From assembly GCA_009914755.4 (NCBI GenBank), contig CP068257.2, forward strand, positions 23,840,001-23,904,000: a stretch of DNA of 64,000 nt, written 5' to 3'. A model generated the notes under the pieces. It worked only from the letters and a program-made list of their open reading frames with translations. It was not told the origin of the DNA and did no database searches. This DNA is from the human T2T-CHM13v2.0 reference genome, Homo sapiens. Below are positions 51,246-64,000 of this stretch, one piece after another (the first letter of the stretch is position 1; every line of letters begins with the position of its first letter). The position numbers and the translations under genes were made by a program.

Positions 51246-51929
51246 TCAAAATAACAAATGTATAAGCAAAAAAAGTGAGTTTTTCCAGAAGAAATCCTGG
51301 ACAACCTAAAAGCATAGACATCAAAATCGGAGCCATCTATTAAACTATGAATTTGTTGGTGAGGAATTTAAAGTATCACAGGGCTCTGAGTTTAAGATGC
51401 AGTTGAGTACACTTTTATCTCTTTTATCTTTTGAGGCTCTGTTATAGCCCAGTAAACCCACAACTGAGAGAATAGGAGGCAGCTATCAGTAAATATGGGA
51501 TTTCAATGAATCTCTGGAAGACACAAAGCACAAGAAGAAATAGATATTGGTGATGCAAAACAGAGGAAGGAACAGCCTAAAATACACACAGAGGGGCTGT
51601 TCCAATGGAAAGAGCCTCCTGTCTGCCGGTAAAATTTAGAAATATTAGACTTGGTATGACAGATGGCAGAAGTGAAATACAGGGACAAAAAACAAGACAC
51701 TAAAGAAGAAACAGTCGAACTTCTTCCAAAAGCCAGATTTATCTTCCTAAAGAAGAAAGAATGAGGGAGTTCCTCTCTTTAAAAAAAAAAAAATTGAGTG
51801 ATTCTGATCAGTGGTGAATGAAAAACAATTGAGTGAACTGTCAGTTTTTGAGAACTGAAGCAGCACCTTACAGACTCCCTCTCTAGATCCTCTAAATCAA
51901 AGCATGTCTGTTGACAAGTCCCAACTGGA

Positions 51930-52396
51930 TTGTTACTTTTGTGCATCAAGGTGACTGGGCTAAGGGATGACCAGATAACCAGCAAAATACTATTTCTGGG
52001 TGTCCCTTTGGGGGTGTTTCCAGAAGAGATTAGTGTTTGAATTGGTAGACTAAGTAAAGATGCACCCTCACCAATGTGGGTAGGCATTATCCAATCCATT
52101 AAGAGTGCAGATGGAACAAAAATGCCAGAGAAAAGGCAAGTTTGCTCTTTCTCTTCTAGAGCTGGGACATTCATTTTCTCCTGCCCTCAGAAATCGGAGC
52201 TCCAGGGTCTCAGGCTTTTAGACTCTGGGATTTCACCAGAAACCCCCCAGTTTCTTAGGCCTTCAGACCCAAACTAAATTATAGTACTGACATTTCTGCC
52301 TCTCCTGCTTGCAGACAGCAGACAGTGGGATTTCTTTGGCTTCATAATCACCTGAGCCAATTCTTCTAATGTATGAATGAATGAATGAATGAATGA

Positions 52397-52444
<48 letters not shown>

Positions 52445-52480
52445 TATCTTATTGGTTCTGTTTTTTTGAGGAACTTTGAC
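51930..52480 (+). mobile_element. MST/MLT-type MaLR LTR whose 3' end carries the compound microsatellite (AATG)6 at 52364–52388, (CA)16 at 52390–52421 and (TA)n at 52422–52436
   Basis: It reads '...ggtgactgggctaagggatgaccagataaccagcaaaatactatttctgggtgtccctttgggggtgtttccagaagagattagtgtttgaattggtagactaagtaaagatgcaccctcaccaatgtgggtaggcattatccaatccattaagagtgcagatggaacaaaaatgccagagaaaaggcaagtttgctctttctcttctagagctgggacattcattttctcctgccctcagaaatcggagctccagggtctcaggcttttagactctgggatttcaccag...ttctttggcttcataatcacctgagccaattcttctaatgtatgaatgaatgaatgaatgaatacacacacaca...catatatatatattatcttattggttctgtttttttgaggaactttgactaatacacc'. The ending matches the MST consensus '...cctccataatcgtgtgagccaattccttataataaatctctttatatatatacacacatatatatatatcctattggttctgtttctctggagaaccctgactaataca'. 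Confidence 0.8.
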
Positions 52481-53579
52481 TAATACACCACCCATGTTCA
52501 CAGACCTCATAGCTAGCTTTTCTATTTTCTCACTTTTAAATATGAATGGAATACCAAGGATCACCAGATATTTGTGGGGCAAAAATGATATGCTAATCCA
52601 AAACAAAAAACCTCAAGGAAACAGATAAAACACAAAAAAACAAAAAAGAACTTAGAAAAATGCTAATTAGTCCTGTCAGAGAAATTAAAATAAAATGACA
52701 ATTTACATTTTGTATGGTTCAAGGCTTAGTCAGTACTGGGGCCCTTTGAAAAATATAAAATTAGAAATATACAATTAGGTGCAAAAATAATATATAAAAA
52801 AGTCACAATTTAATTTACTGGAATCTTAGAGATTCCAGTCCCTTTTTTCTGAGATTTATTTAGCTAGAAAAGCTTTCATAGAAATGCTTCTTGATTTTAA
52901 GCTATTATTTACCTTTCTACTTAGAAGTTCTACAATTTCCAGCAACTTTTGGTACTAGAGTATGGGGCCACCTGCCTCATGGTAAATCTACTATGCCAAA
53001 AAAAAAAAAAAAAAGAAAGGATTTAGAAAACAAGAATGAGATCTTTAAAAATGTAACTGCCAAAAACCATCTATCAATAAAAGTTTTAAAAGATAAAATT
53101 CGGGAAACATCTCAAAAATTCGAAGATAAAGATATCTGTCCCCCAAAAATGAGAGAGATTAGATACAAACGCCAAAAATGAGAGAGAAAATTAGATAGAA
53201 ACGGAATTAATTCAAGTAGCCATTGTCAGACCAATCAAGGTTCCAGGAGAAAAGGGTCAGAGACACCAGAGTGGAAATAATTATAAATTAAATGGAAATA
53301 ATTACAAATTAAAAGAGGAGGCTTTCCCTGAGCAGAAGGACTCAAATTTTCAGACTAAAATATCCCTCTATGAGCCAAATAGATTGATGAGTAAAGACCT
53401 ACAGCTGTATTGCATGACTTTAGAATGAAAAAGTTAAAAAGAAAATTCTAAATATTCCCAGTTAGAAAAAAAAAATACAAGGTCACATGCAATGGAACAA
53501 GGATCAGTCTAGCATCAGACTTTCATTGGCAACACTAGACACGAGACTACAATGAATCATGTCTTCAAAGTTCTAAAGG

Positions 53580-53800
53580 AGGAATTGGCAAATTATAGCC
53601 CATGGACCAAATCCAGCCTGTGGCCTCTTTTGAAAATGAAGATTTACTAGAATACAGCCACACTCATTCATTTACCTATTGTTTGTAGCTTCTTTTATGC
53701 TACAAAGGCTACACAGTTGAGTAGTTGCGGCAGAGATCATATGACAGGCAAAGCCTGTAACATTTACTATCTGGCTCTCTATAGAAGTCTCCTGATCCCT
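53580..53800 (+). mobile_element. Fragment of a common mammalian non-autonomous DNA transposon, probably a hAT-type MER element, exact family uncertain
   Basis: 'ggaattggcaaattatagcccatggaccaaatccagcctgtggcctcttttgaaaatgaagatttactagaatacagccacactcattcatttacctattgtttgtagcttcttttatgctacaaaggctacacagttgagtagttgcggcagagatcatatgacaggcaaagcctgtaacatttactatctggctctctatagaagtctcctgatccc' matches the repeat consensus I recall. That consensus runs '...ggcccgcgggccaaatccggcccgccacctgtttttgtaaataaagttttattggaacacagccacgcccattcgtttacgtattgtctatggctgctttcgcgctacaacggcagagttgagtagttgcgacagagaccgtatggcccgcaaagcctaaaatatttactatctggccctttacagaaaagtttgccgacccctg', but I cannot name it with certainty. Confidence 0.55.
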
Positions 53801-55085
53801 TCCCTGAAGGAAAATTATTCCCAACCTTTCAAATCATCCTGCAACCTTGAGGGTAAGATATATTTACAAGTTTTTAAGAACTAATAAATTAACCTATCAT
53901 GTACTCTTAGAAAGTTATTAGAGAATGGAATACACAAAAGTGAAGGCATAAAACTGAAAAGGAAAGGACATGCAATCCACCAAACAATGGCTCTAACCTT
54001 AAAAAGTGAGAAAAGTGACTGGGTGGCAACCAGACAGGGGCAACTGGTCCTTAACAGATTGGAAAGATAGAGGAGAGGTTTCCATTAAACATAAAACTTG
54101 ACAGAATAGACATTGTGATGAAGAGCTAGGGGCAGGGAAGAAACACGGCTATGGTAAAGGCAATACTGTTCAAAGACGGAACTCTATTATCCCTAATAAT
54201 TTACATTAATAATGTAAATACTTACTATTGAGTTTCAACTCATCCTATAAGCAAACATGAAAGATTTAATATAGTTGAAAAACAGAAAGTAAATGTGATC
54301 AATCATTATAGTGTAAAAGTAAATGTGCAGATAAAAGAAATCAAAAGGTGAAGAGGGGAGGAGACCTAAAGGAAAGTTCTTTTTTCTTTGTAATATATTC
54401 ATCTCACAAAGTGGGTATATAAGTAATATATAGGTCAAAAGTAATAAAGAGATACAATGGTAACCAATACAGAAATCAAAAGTGATGATAGAACCATATT
54501 GAGCAGAGGGAAAAGAGGAAGTGTGGGGTACAAGTGAGCTAAAAAGTCTAAATCTGATAACATGACAGTGACATAAACATGTTATTTATAAATATGATTG
54601 AAATGACCTGGAAAAAAGTTTAATGTGTTTTAAATGACTGTTTTTTAAGTAACTTAAGAGGAAAAAATACATACACAGTCTTTTATATGTACCTATATAG
54701 TTAACATTTCCCATGGTCTTCATCTTTCCTGTGAATCTGAGTTACCACCTGATGTCACTTTCTCTCTTTCTGAAGGTCTTCCTTTAACACTTCTTGTAGT
54801 GAAAGGCAGCTAGCAATGAATTAGCTCAGCTTTTGTTTATCTTGGAATGTCTCTATTTTACCTTCACTTTTGAGGAATAGTTTGGTTGGCTGTAGAATTC
54901 AGTGGGCAGGTAAGCTCCCTGCCTCACCCACCACATTTCACTGTATTTCAGCCTCCATTGCTTCTGATGAGAAATCAGCTGTCTACCATATATGGCTAAT
55001 CCTCTGTATGTGATGAGATGCTTTTCTTTTGCTGCTTTCAAGATTTATTTCTTCTTTATGGTTATGATATGTTTATCTGTGGTGC

Positions 55086-55338
<253 letters not shown>

Positions 55339-56379
55339 TGAGATTCTTAGAAAATGCTTTTCATCAAATTTGAGACATTTGAGGGCCATTATTTTTTCAA
55401 ACTTTTTTCTGTTCTTTCTCCCCTCTCTCCTTCTGGAACTCCCATTATTGGTACATTTTATGTTGCCCTAAGGTTTCCTTTTTCTTTAATCTTTTTTCTC
55501 CACATTTTTCAGATTGAATTATTTCTGCTGCTCTTTCTTCAAGTTCTCTTAATTTTTCCTCTGCTATCTTAAATTGGCTGTTGAAGCTGTCAAGTAAATT
55601 TTTATTTCAGTTATTTTATTTTTCAACTCTGGAATTTACATTTTTTTATATGTTCTGGTTCCCTTTCTATATTTCCTATATGTTAATTCATCATCATCAT
55701 ATTTTCCTTTCATTATTTGAACATAATTCCCTTTTAAGTCTTTGGACATATATACAAAACTTCCAAGTTTTGTATATAACTTGCTCGGAAGTCCTTGTCT
55801 ATAACCCAAATCATCTGGGTTCACTCAAAGCAGTTTCTATTGTTGACTGCTTGCTTTTTAAGTAACTGAGTATAGAATATATTTTCCTGTTTCTTTGCAT
55901 ATCTTGAAAATTTTGTTTTAAAAGGTAAACATATTTAAATATTATATTGTAGCAACTCTGGATTCTGTTTTATTTTTCTTAGGATTGTATTTTTAATAAC
56001 TCTTTTTAATTACTTACCTAAACAAACTGTGAAATCACTAATGTCTCTGCTGTTTTTTAATTATTTTTGTTTTTTAGGCTATTTTCCTAAAGGTTTCCTC
56101 CCTTATGTACATAACTTAGTGGTAAGCCAATGCTGTGGGCAGAGGTTGAACTCAAATACCTCATTTCTATAAGGCTCTCACCTCTGTCCATTGATTTTTA
56201 TGTTGTTGCAAAATGTATTCAATATTCTCAAGTGTCTCTTGGCTTTCACATTTCACCAGGCTCTCTCAGGCCTCTTCCAAGTATGTATAGATTTCTAGTC
56301 AACTGAGACTGTATGAAGAGATTATCTCAGCTTTTCTACGGATTTTTCATTTCCAGGGTCTCCCCATTAAATTTCTGGC

Positions 56380-57560
56380 TGGTCCACAATTCACCACCCG
56401 CCACCATCACTGTCAGGCTTACAAAGATATAGCTTTTCCCCATTTGGTACAAACCATGTCTACCCCTTTTAAACAAAGCAAAGCATTTTTGACAGAGGCA
56501 GGAGGCAGACAAAGCCCTAGGCAGACAGGGGCAGGTCCCCAGTGAAACCCAGCCTTCAAACCGAAGACAGTTTAAATTCTAGCTACAAGTTCTGGATAAA
56601 TCCATGGACTGGATTGAGAACTTGTCTTCCTGTTTGGCATGCTTTCCTCTGATTGATCCCTACCCTTCACCTGTTTGCATATAACTACCCTTCCCTAATT
56701 GGTTTTTTACACTGTCTTGCCCACCTTTGAATGGTGCCTTTGTTCAACTTTTTTTGCATACTCACAAACCACTCAGCATGCACTCCCAATTCTAAGCCCA
56801 TAAAAGCCCTAGACCCAGCCATACAGAGATAGACCACCCTACTTTGGATGGGGGACCACCCTCACATCCCCTCTCCACTGAGAGCTGTTTCATCACTCAA
56901 CAAAATTCTTCTCTGCCCTCCTCACCCTTTGATTGTCAGTGTAACTTCATTCTTATTGGATGCAGGAAAAAGAACTTGGGACCCCTCTTATTGGATGCAG
57001 GTACAAAGAAGGCTGTAATGCTATGGCCCTCTGCCCTCCACAAGCAGTGATGGGGCACGATGGGAAGCAGTGGTGGGGCCAAGCCAGCCCTGGAACCCTG
57101 GGCCAGAGCAGGGTGACAGCCTGACAGCTGTTAACATGCTGCAGCCATCCAACAGGCTACGGACAGCAGGACTAAAAGAGCTAGTTAGCATGCTGTAACA
57201 CCCCCTCTGGGGATTTGGGGTCATGAGTACCCCTGCCAGGGTGCCACTGCATTCCCCTCATCTGGACAACAGAGTCCACCATAGGAGTCACTTGTGACAT
57301 ACCTGGTCCAGCCACAAGCCCCACACAGAGTCTGCTCCTGTGCTGGTACTTGGAATGGCCAGCTGGATCCCACACTGACTCACTCACACACACCCTCCCA
57401 CCAGGGGCTGAGGGTACAGTCACGGCAGCCATGGGATCTGCGCCAGAGTGCAAGCCAGGTGTGGTCCAGTGGTCTGAGTAGACGGGGTGTCTCCTGAGGC
57501 AAGCCCAGGCCCAGGAAAGGCCTGGGCAGAGGTGTCACCAGCCAGAAAATCCTGTATCAC
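56380..57560. other. Moderately GC-rich block carrying LTR-like promoter and poly(A) motifs. It may be an ERV1-type LTR remnant of unknown family or unique regulatory sequence.
   Basis: It contains 'cccataaaagccctagacccagcc', which is TATA-like, '...gagctgtttcatcactcaacaaaattcttctctgccc', the direct repeat 'ttattggatgcagg' twice, and CpGs such as 'acccgccacc', 'accgaagac', 'cacggcagcc' and 'ctgcgccag'. Its composition contrasts with the AT-rich surroundings. I recognise no family. Confidence 0.3.
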
Positions 57561-59750
57561 TTTCACCTTATAACCAAATTAAATTCACTCCCTCTGGCAG
57601 CAAGCTGTTTGTTTTCAACATCATTCTAATGCTGGTAAAACTCTTATTCTTGCCAACTAACTTGGGGAAGAGGGAGTAGGCACGGTACCACTCAAAAAAA
57701 TAATAATAATAATAATAAAATTTAAAAAAAAAACACTCCTACTGTTCTCTTTGAAGTTCTAGCAGTTTTTTTAAGAATAAGTGTTTCTCAATTTGTTGTT
57801 TGCCTTTAGTTGATTTCCAGTGCCCAAACTCTTCACAGCTCCATAACTGGAAGTTCTTTATCCCAGAGAGATTTGAGAAAAAAATTATACCTAAAAACGC
57901 AAGAACAGACTGTTACAAAACAAACCATGCACAAAAAGCCACTTAGAAGTATTAGAAGTTATTTTTAAGTGCTTGAATAAGAAGAAATGTAAGCTTTAAT
58001 TATGAGCTAATTAGAAATTAATAAAACCAGGACAACACACATAAAAACTAATGAAATTGAGACAAAATAGTACTCAAAGAAGTATTTTAGCTTTAAGTTT
58101 ATTTATAAGAAATAGAGAAAGAAATTAGAAACTCAAGAAATTAGAAAAAAGACAATAAAATAAACTAAAATAAAATAGAAGGAAGCAAAGCATAAAGCTA
58201 AAAAAGGGAAGTAATGAAATATGGAAGAGAGAATGAATCTTAGTAAATAAATCCAAGAACTATTTATTTAGAAAAGACCAGTGAAACACACAAACTTCAA
58301 GCAAGTCCAATGAATGAAAATATCACTAGAATTTAAGCTCTATAAGTGCAGATATTTTGCTTTGTTTGCCAATGTATTCCTAGCACCAAGAAAATTGTCT
58401 AGCACATATGAGTACTCTATAAATATTTGTTAAATGAAAGAATGAATGAACAAACATTTTTAAAAAGTTTAAGGCTATGAAAACAAATATGTAAGAGAAT
58501 TCTTTAAATATTGTATATGATACTATAAATCTTATAAATACACTCCTCAGAGACTCAAAAGCAGACTTAAACAAATAAAAGCATACTAATCAGTCATGGC
58601 TGCAATAGTTCTGTGTAACAAATAACCCCAGTTCTTTAAAATAATAACCATATGTTTCATACTTGTAGGTCTGCAGGTTGGCTACAAATAAACTGTAATA
58701 TGTTTGGCCACCCCATGACCAAATTAAGTTCAACACCTCAGAGTTCCCTGACTCTGGGTTTTGGGCTCTAAGCCCCAGGCTACACGCTAAAGGTTAGGTT
58801 CAGCTCTAATTCATGTAGCTCCATGTTCACTTTGGATCAGAGACTACTCATTGCATGCTCTTCTCATGGCCGACCACAGAAGCAAAAGAGGCCAAGTCAA
58901 ATCATGCAAGCACATGACTTGTACTTTAAATGCCTTCATCCATTAACATTCCATTGTGCAAAGGAAGACACTGGGACAGGAAAATAGGCTATACCCACTC
59001 TAGGGCACTGCACAGTCATGGCAGAAAGAAGTAGTGTTAGATTGAAAATAATCCAACCAGCAACAAAATCCAGCTTTACACATAATTAAAGATATGCAAA
59101 ATAAGACCACATTGAGGTAACATCTTACTCATCCAGTTGAAAAAAATTCTAAATATATTTTGTTTTTGAGGTTGTGGGGAAACAGCCATTCTCATACATT
59201 GATAGTTGGAATGCAAACTGATACAATCCTTCTGGAAAGGAATTTGGTAATCCCATGAAAAGTTATATGTGCATTTATCCTTTGACACAGCAATTCCACA
59301 TCTAAATATCTATCCAAAAAATATATCAGTGTGATAGTCAGTTTTATGTATCAACTTGGCTAGGCTATAGTTCCCAGTTATTCAATCAAATGCTAATCTT
59401 GGTGTTGCTGTGAATGTACTTTGTAGTGTGATAAGTCTATCATCAGCTTACTTTTAGTAATAAAGATAATCCTAGATAATCTGGGTGGGTCTGATTTATT
59501 CAGTTCAAAGGCCCTAAAAGCAGAACTGAAGTTTCTCTGAAGAAGAAGAAATTCTACCTGTAGACTACAGCTTCAGCTTGTGCCTGGGAGTTCTAGCCTA
59601 CCCTTTCCCACGGCCAGCCCTACATGTTTCAGACCTGTCTAGCCATCCCTAACAATCACACAAACCCATTCCTTACAATAAATAGCCTGCTGCTTCTCCT
59701 TCTTGGGAGGAACCCTGACTGATACAATTGGTAAAAATACAAAAGACGTA

Positions 59751-59821
59751 TTAGGTTGGCACAAAAAGTTGGCACATTGAAAGTAATGGGAAAAACCACA
59801 GTTACTTTTGTGCCAACCTAA
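59751..59821. mobile_element. MADE1 (Hsmar1-derived MITE) flanked by a TA duplication, palindromic and miR-548-family-like
   Basis: 'ttaggttggcacaaaaagttggcacattgaaagtaatgggaaaaaccacagttacttttgtgccaacctaa' matches the MADE1 consensus 'ttaggttggtgcaaaagtaattgcggtttttgccattacttttaatggcaaaaaccgcaattacttttgcaccaacctaa'. It is flanked by 'ta' on both sides, as expected for a mariner insertion. Confidence 0.88.
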
Positions 59822-61002
59822 TAAACAAAAGTAGTCATTATAGCACTACTTGTAATTATAAAAAATTTTAAAACCACACAAATGTCCATCAATTTGGGGT
59901 CTATGATGGAAGAGTATGCAACTTTATTGAGAAATTATGACTATCTCTATCTTCTGCTAGGGGATGATATCCAAGATATACTGTAAAGTAAGAAACAAAG
60001 ATGGAGAAAAGTGTGGACAGCACACTGCCATTTATCTAAGAGAAAGAAGCAGATATATAGAGACATAGATATATACATATTTATATGCACACATACACAC
60101 ATATATGCACATATTTTTTAATTGAGGGATATAGTATAAAAATATTTTAAGGAAAACAAAGAAGAAAAAGGAGAAGACAGGAAAAGAAGGTAAAAATACC
60201 TTATTTAATAAATTTGACTTTGAAACCAGACAAATGAATTACAAAAATATAAAACAGAAATAACTCAATACCTAAAAATCAAAAGTAAATTAAACAAGTA
60301 AACTTAATTTTGCATCAAAGTAGCAGCAAACAGGAAGAAATAATTTCAAGTAACTTTAAGACAAAGTAATTGGACTGCACATCCCTGTGAACTATACTCT
60401 AAGGACAAAGAGAACTAAAAACAATTATAAAGTATTAAGCTGTTTTCAGTAATAATAGTACAGCAATAACATTGGTGCTATACATTCTGGTGTGTGTGTG
60501 CATGTGTGTGTGGTTTGAATGAAGCAAACAGTTATATTGATGCTGTTGAGGGCCAGGATATTTGGCATCAGAGAGGAGACCTGCTGGTTTAGTATCAAAT
60601 ACTATATGATCTCATTTGTAGGTGGAATCTAAAAAAGTTAAACTCATAGAAATGGAGAGCAGAATAATAGTTGCCAGCGTCTGGTGGCGGTAGGGAAAAT
60701 GAGGAGATGTTGTTCAAAGGGTGCAAATATTCAGTTATAAAATAAACAAGTTCTGGGGATCTAATGTACAGCATGGGTGGTGATGGGTGTGTTAATTAAT
60801 TTTATTGTGATAATCATTACACAATATACACACAAATCATTACATGGTACACCTTGAATATATACAATCTTTGTCAATTAAATATTTTTAAATAAAAAAG
60901 AAATTGATTTTAAAAAGAAAAATAAAGCTAATATCATGTGGTTCTAAATCTGAGTTAGAAATGTTCATGAGAGGTGAGTTAATAAGGATTAATGCATCAG
61001 TC

Positions 61003-63768
<2,766 letters not shown>

Positions 63769-63884
63769 ACTTGTCCAAGAATGGCTACCTGCAGGAGGAA
63801 GAAGCTGGCATCTGCAAGGCTCTACGAAAACAGATTACAACTCAGTTACTTGAGGCAATCAATACTGTCCAATACTGTCAAGAT

Positions 63885-64000
63885 TTGGACTCAGTATCCT
63901 ATTGCTACTGTAAAACAAATTACCACAAATTTTATGGCTTAGAACAAGACAAATTTATTTTCTTACAGTCTGAAAGTCAGAATTCTAAAATGGGTCAACA
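63885..64000 (+). mobile_element. 5' part of an MLT1-type MaLR LTR, continuing past the right edge of the window
   Basis: 'actcagtatcctattgctactgtaaaacaaattaccacaaattttatggcttagaacaagacaaatttattttcttacagtctgaaagtcagaattctaaaatgggtcaaca' resembles the MLT1 5' end '...tgctgtaacaaattaccacaaacttagtggcttaaaacaacacaaatttattatcttacagttctggaggtcagaagtccaaaatgggtctcac'. Confidence 0.75.

Noticed and set aside
57181-57453. 90-aa minus-strand ORF and neighbouring ORFs in the GC-rich block
   Set aside because: Overlapping ORFs in multiple frames are typical of GC-rich non-coding or LTR sequence, and no domain was recognised.

Overview
Read directly, this 64 kb window is AT-rich primate (human-type) nuclear genomic DNA and not a prokaryotic or viral locus. 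Roughly half or more of it is recognisable interspersed repeat. I found about 15 Alu SINEs, each with the typical 7SL-derived dimer and an A-tail, and several with clean target-site duplications. There are 6 LINE-1 pieces. One is a near-full-length old L1 at about 36.1–43.25 kb, with a 5'UTR made of tandem ~340–400 bp monomers and degenerate ORF1 and ORF2. Another is a 3.4 kb ORF2-region fragment at the left edge. Numerous ERVL-MaLR LTRs of THE1-, MST- and MLT1-type are present, including one LTR–internal–LTR element at about 61.0–63.8 kb. Also present are three MIR SINEs, an L2-like ancient fragment, two MADE1 (Hsmar1-derived) MITEs, and a ~970 bp solo ERV LTR nested inside an L1PA 3' fragment. 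Simple repeats include a (GATA)n tetranucleotide STR, a (GGAT)n tract, and a compound (AATG)n(CA)n(TA)n microsatellite. I could not identify any tRNA or rRNA gene, CRISPR array, or convincing host protein-coding exon. Every ORF in the supplied six-frame track that I could interpret is either a decayed L1 ORF2/ORF1 remnant or a translation running through Alu, LTR, microsatellite or otherwise unconstrained sequence. The suggestion of an exciting, previously undescribed system is not supported by what I can see. The most interesting observations are structural: nested insertions, the monomeric L1 5'UTR, candidate miR-548-type hairpins in the MADE1 copies, a 115 bp palindromic MITE-like element, and a polymorphism-prone STR. 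Repeat family names are recalled from memory of consensus sequences without a RepeatMasker run, so subfamily calls are approximate. Coordinates of repeat boundaries are accurate to about ±10 bp.
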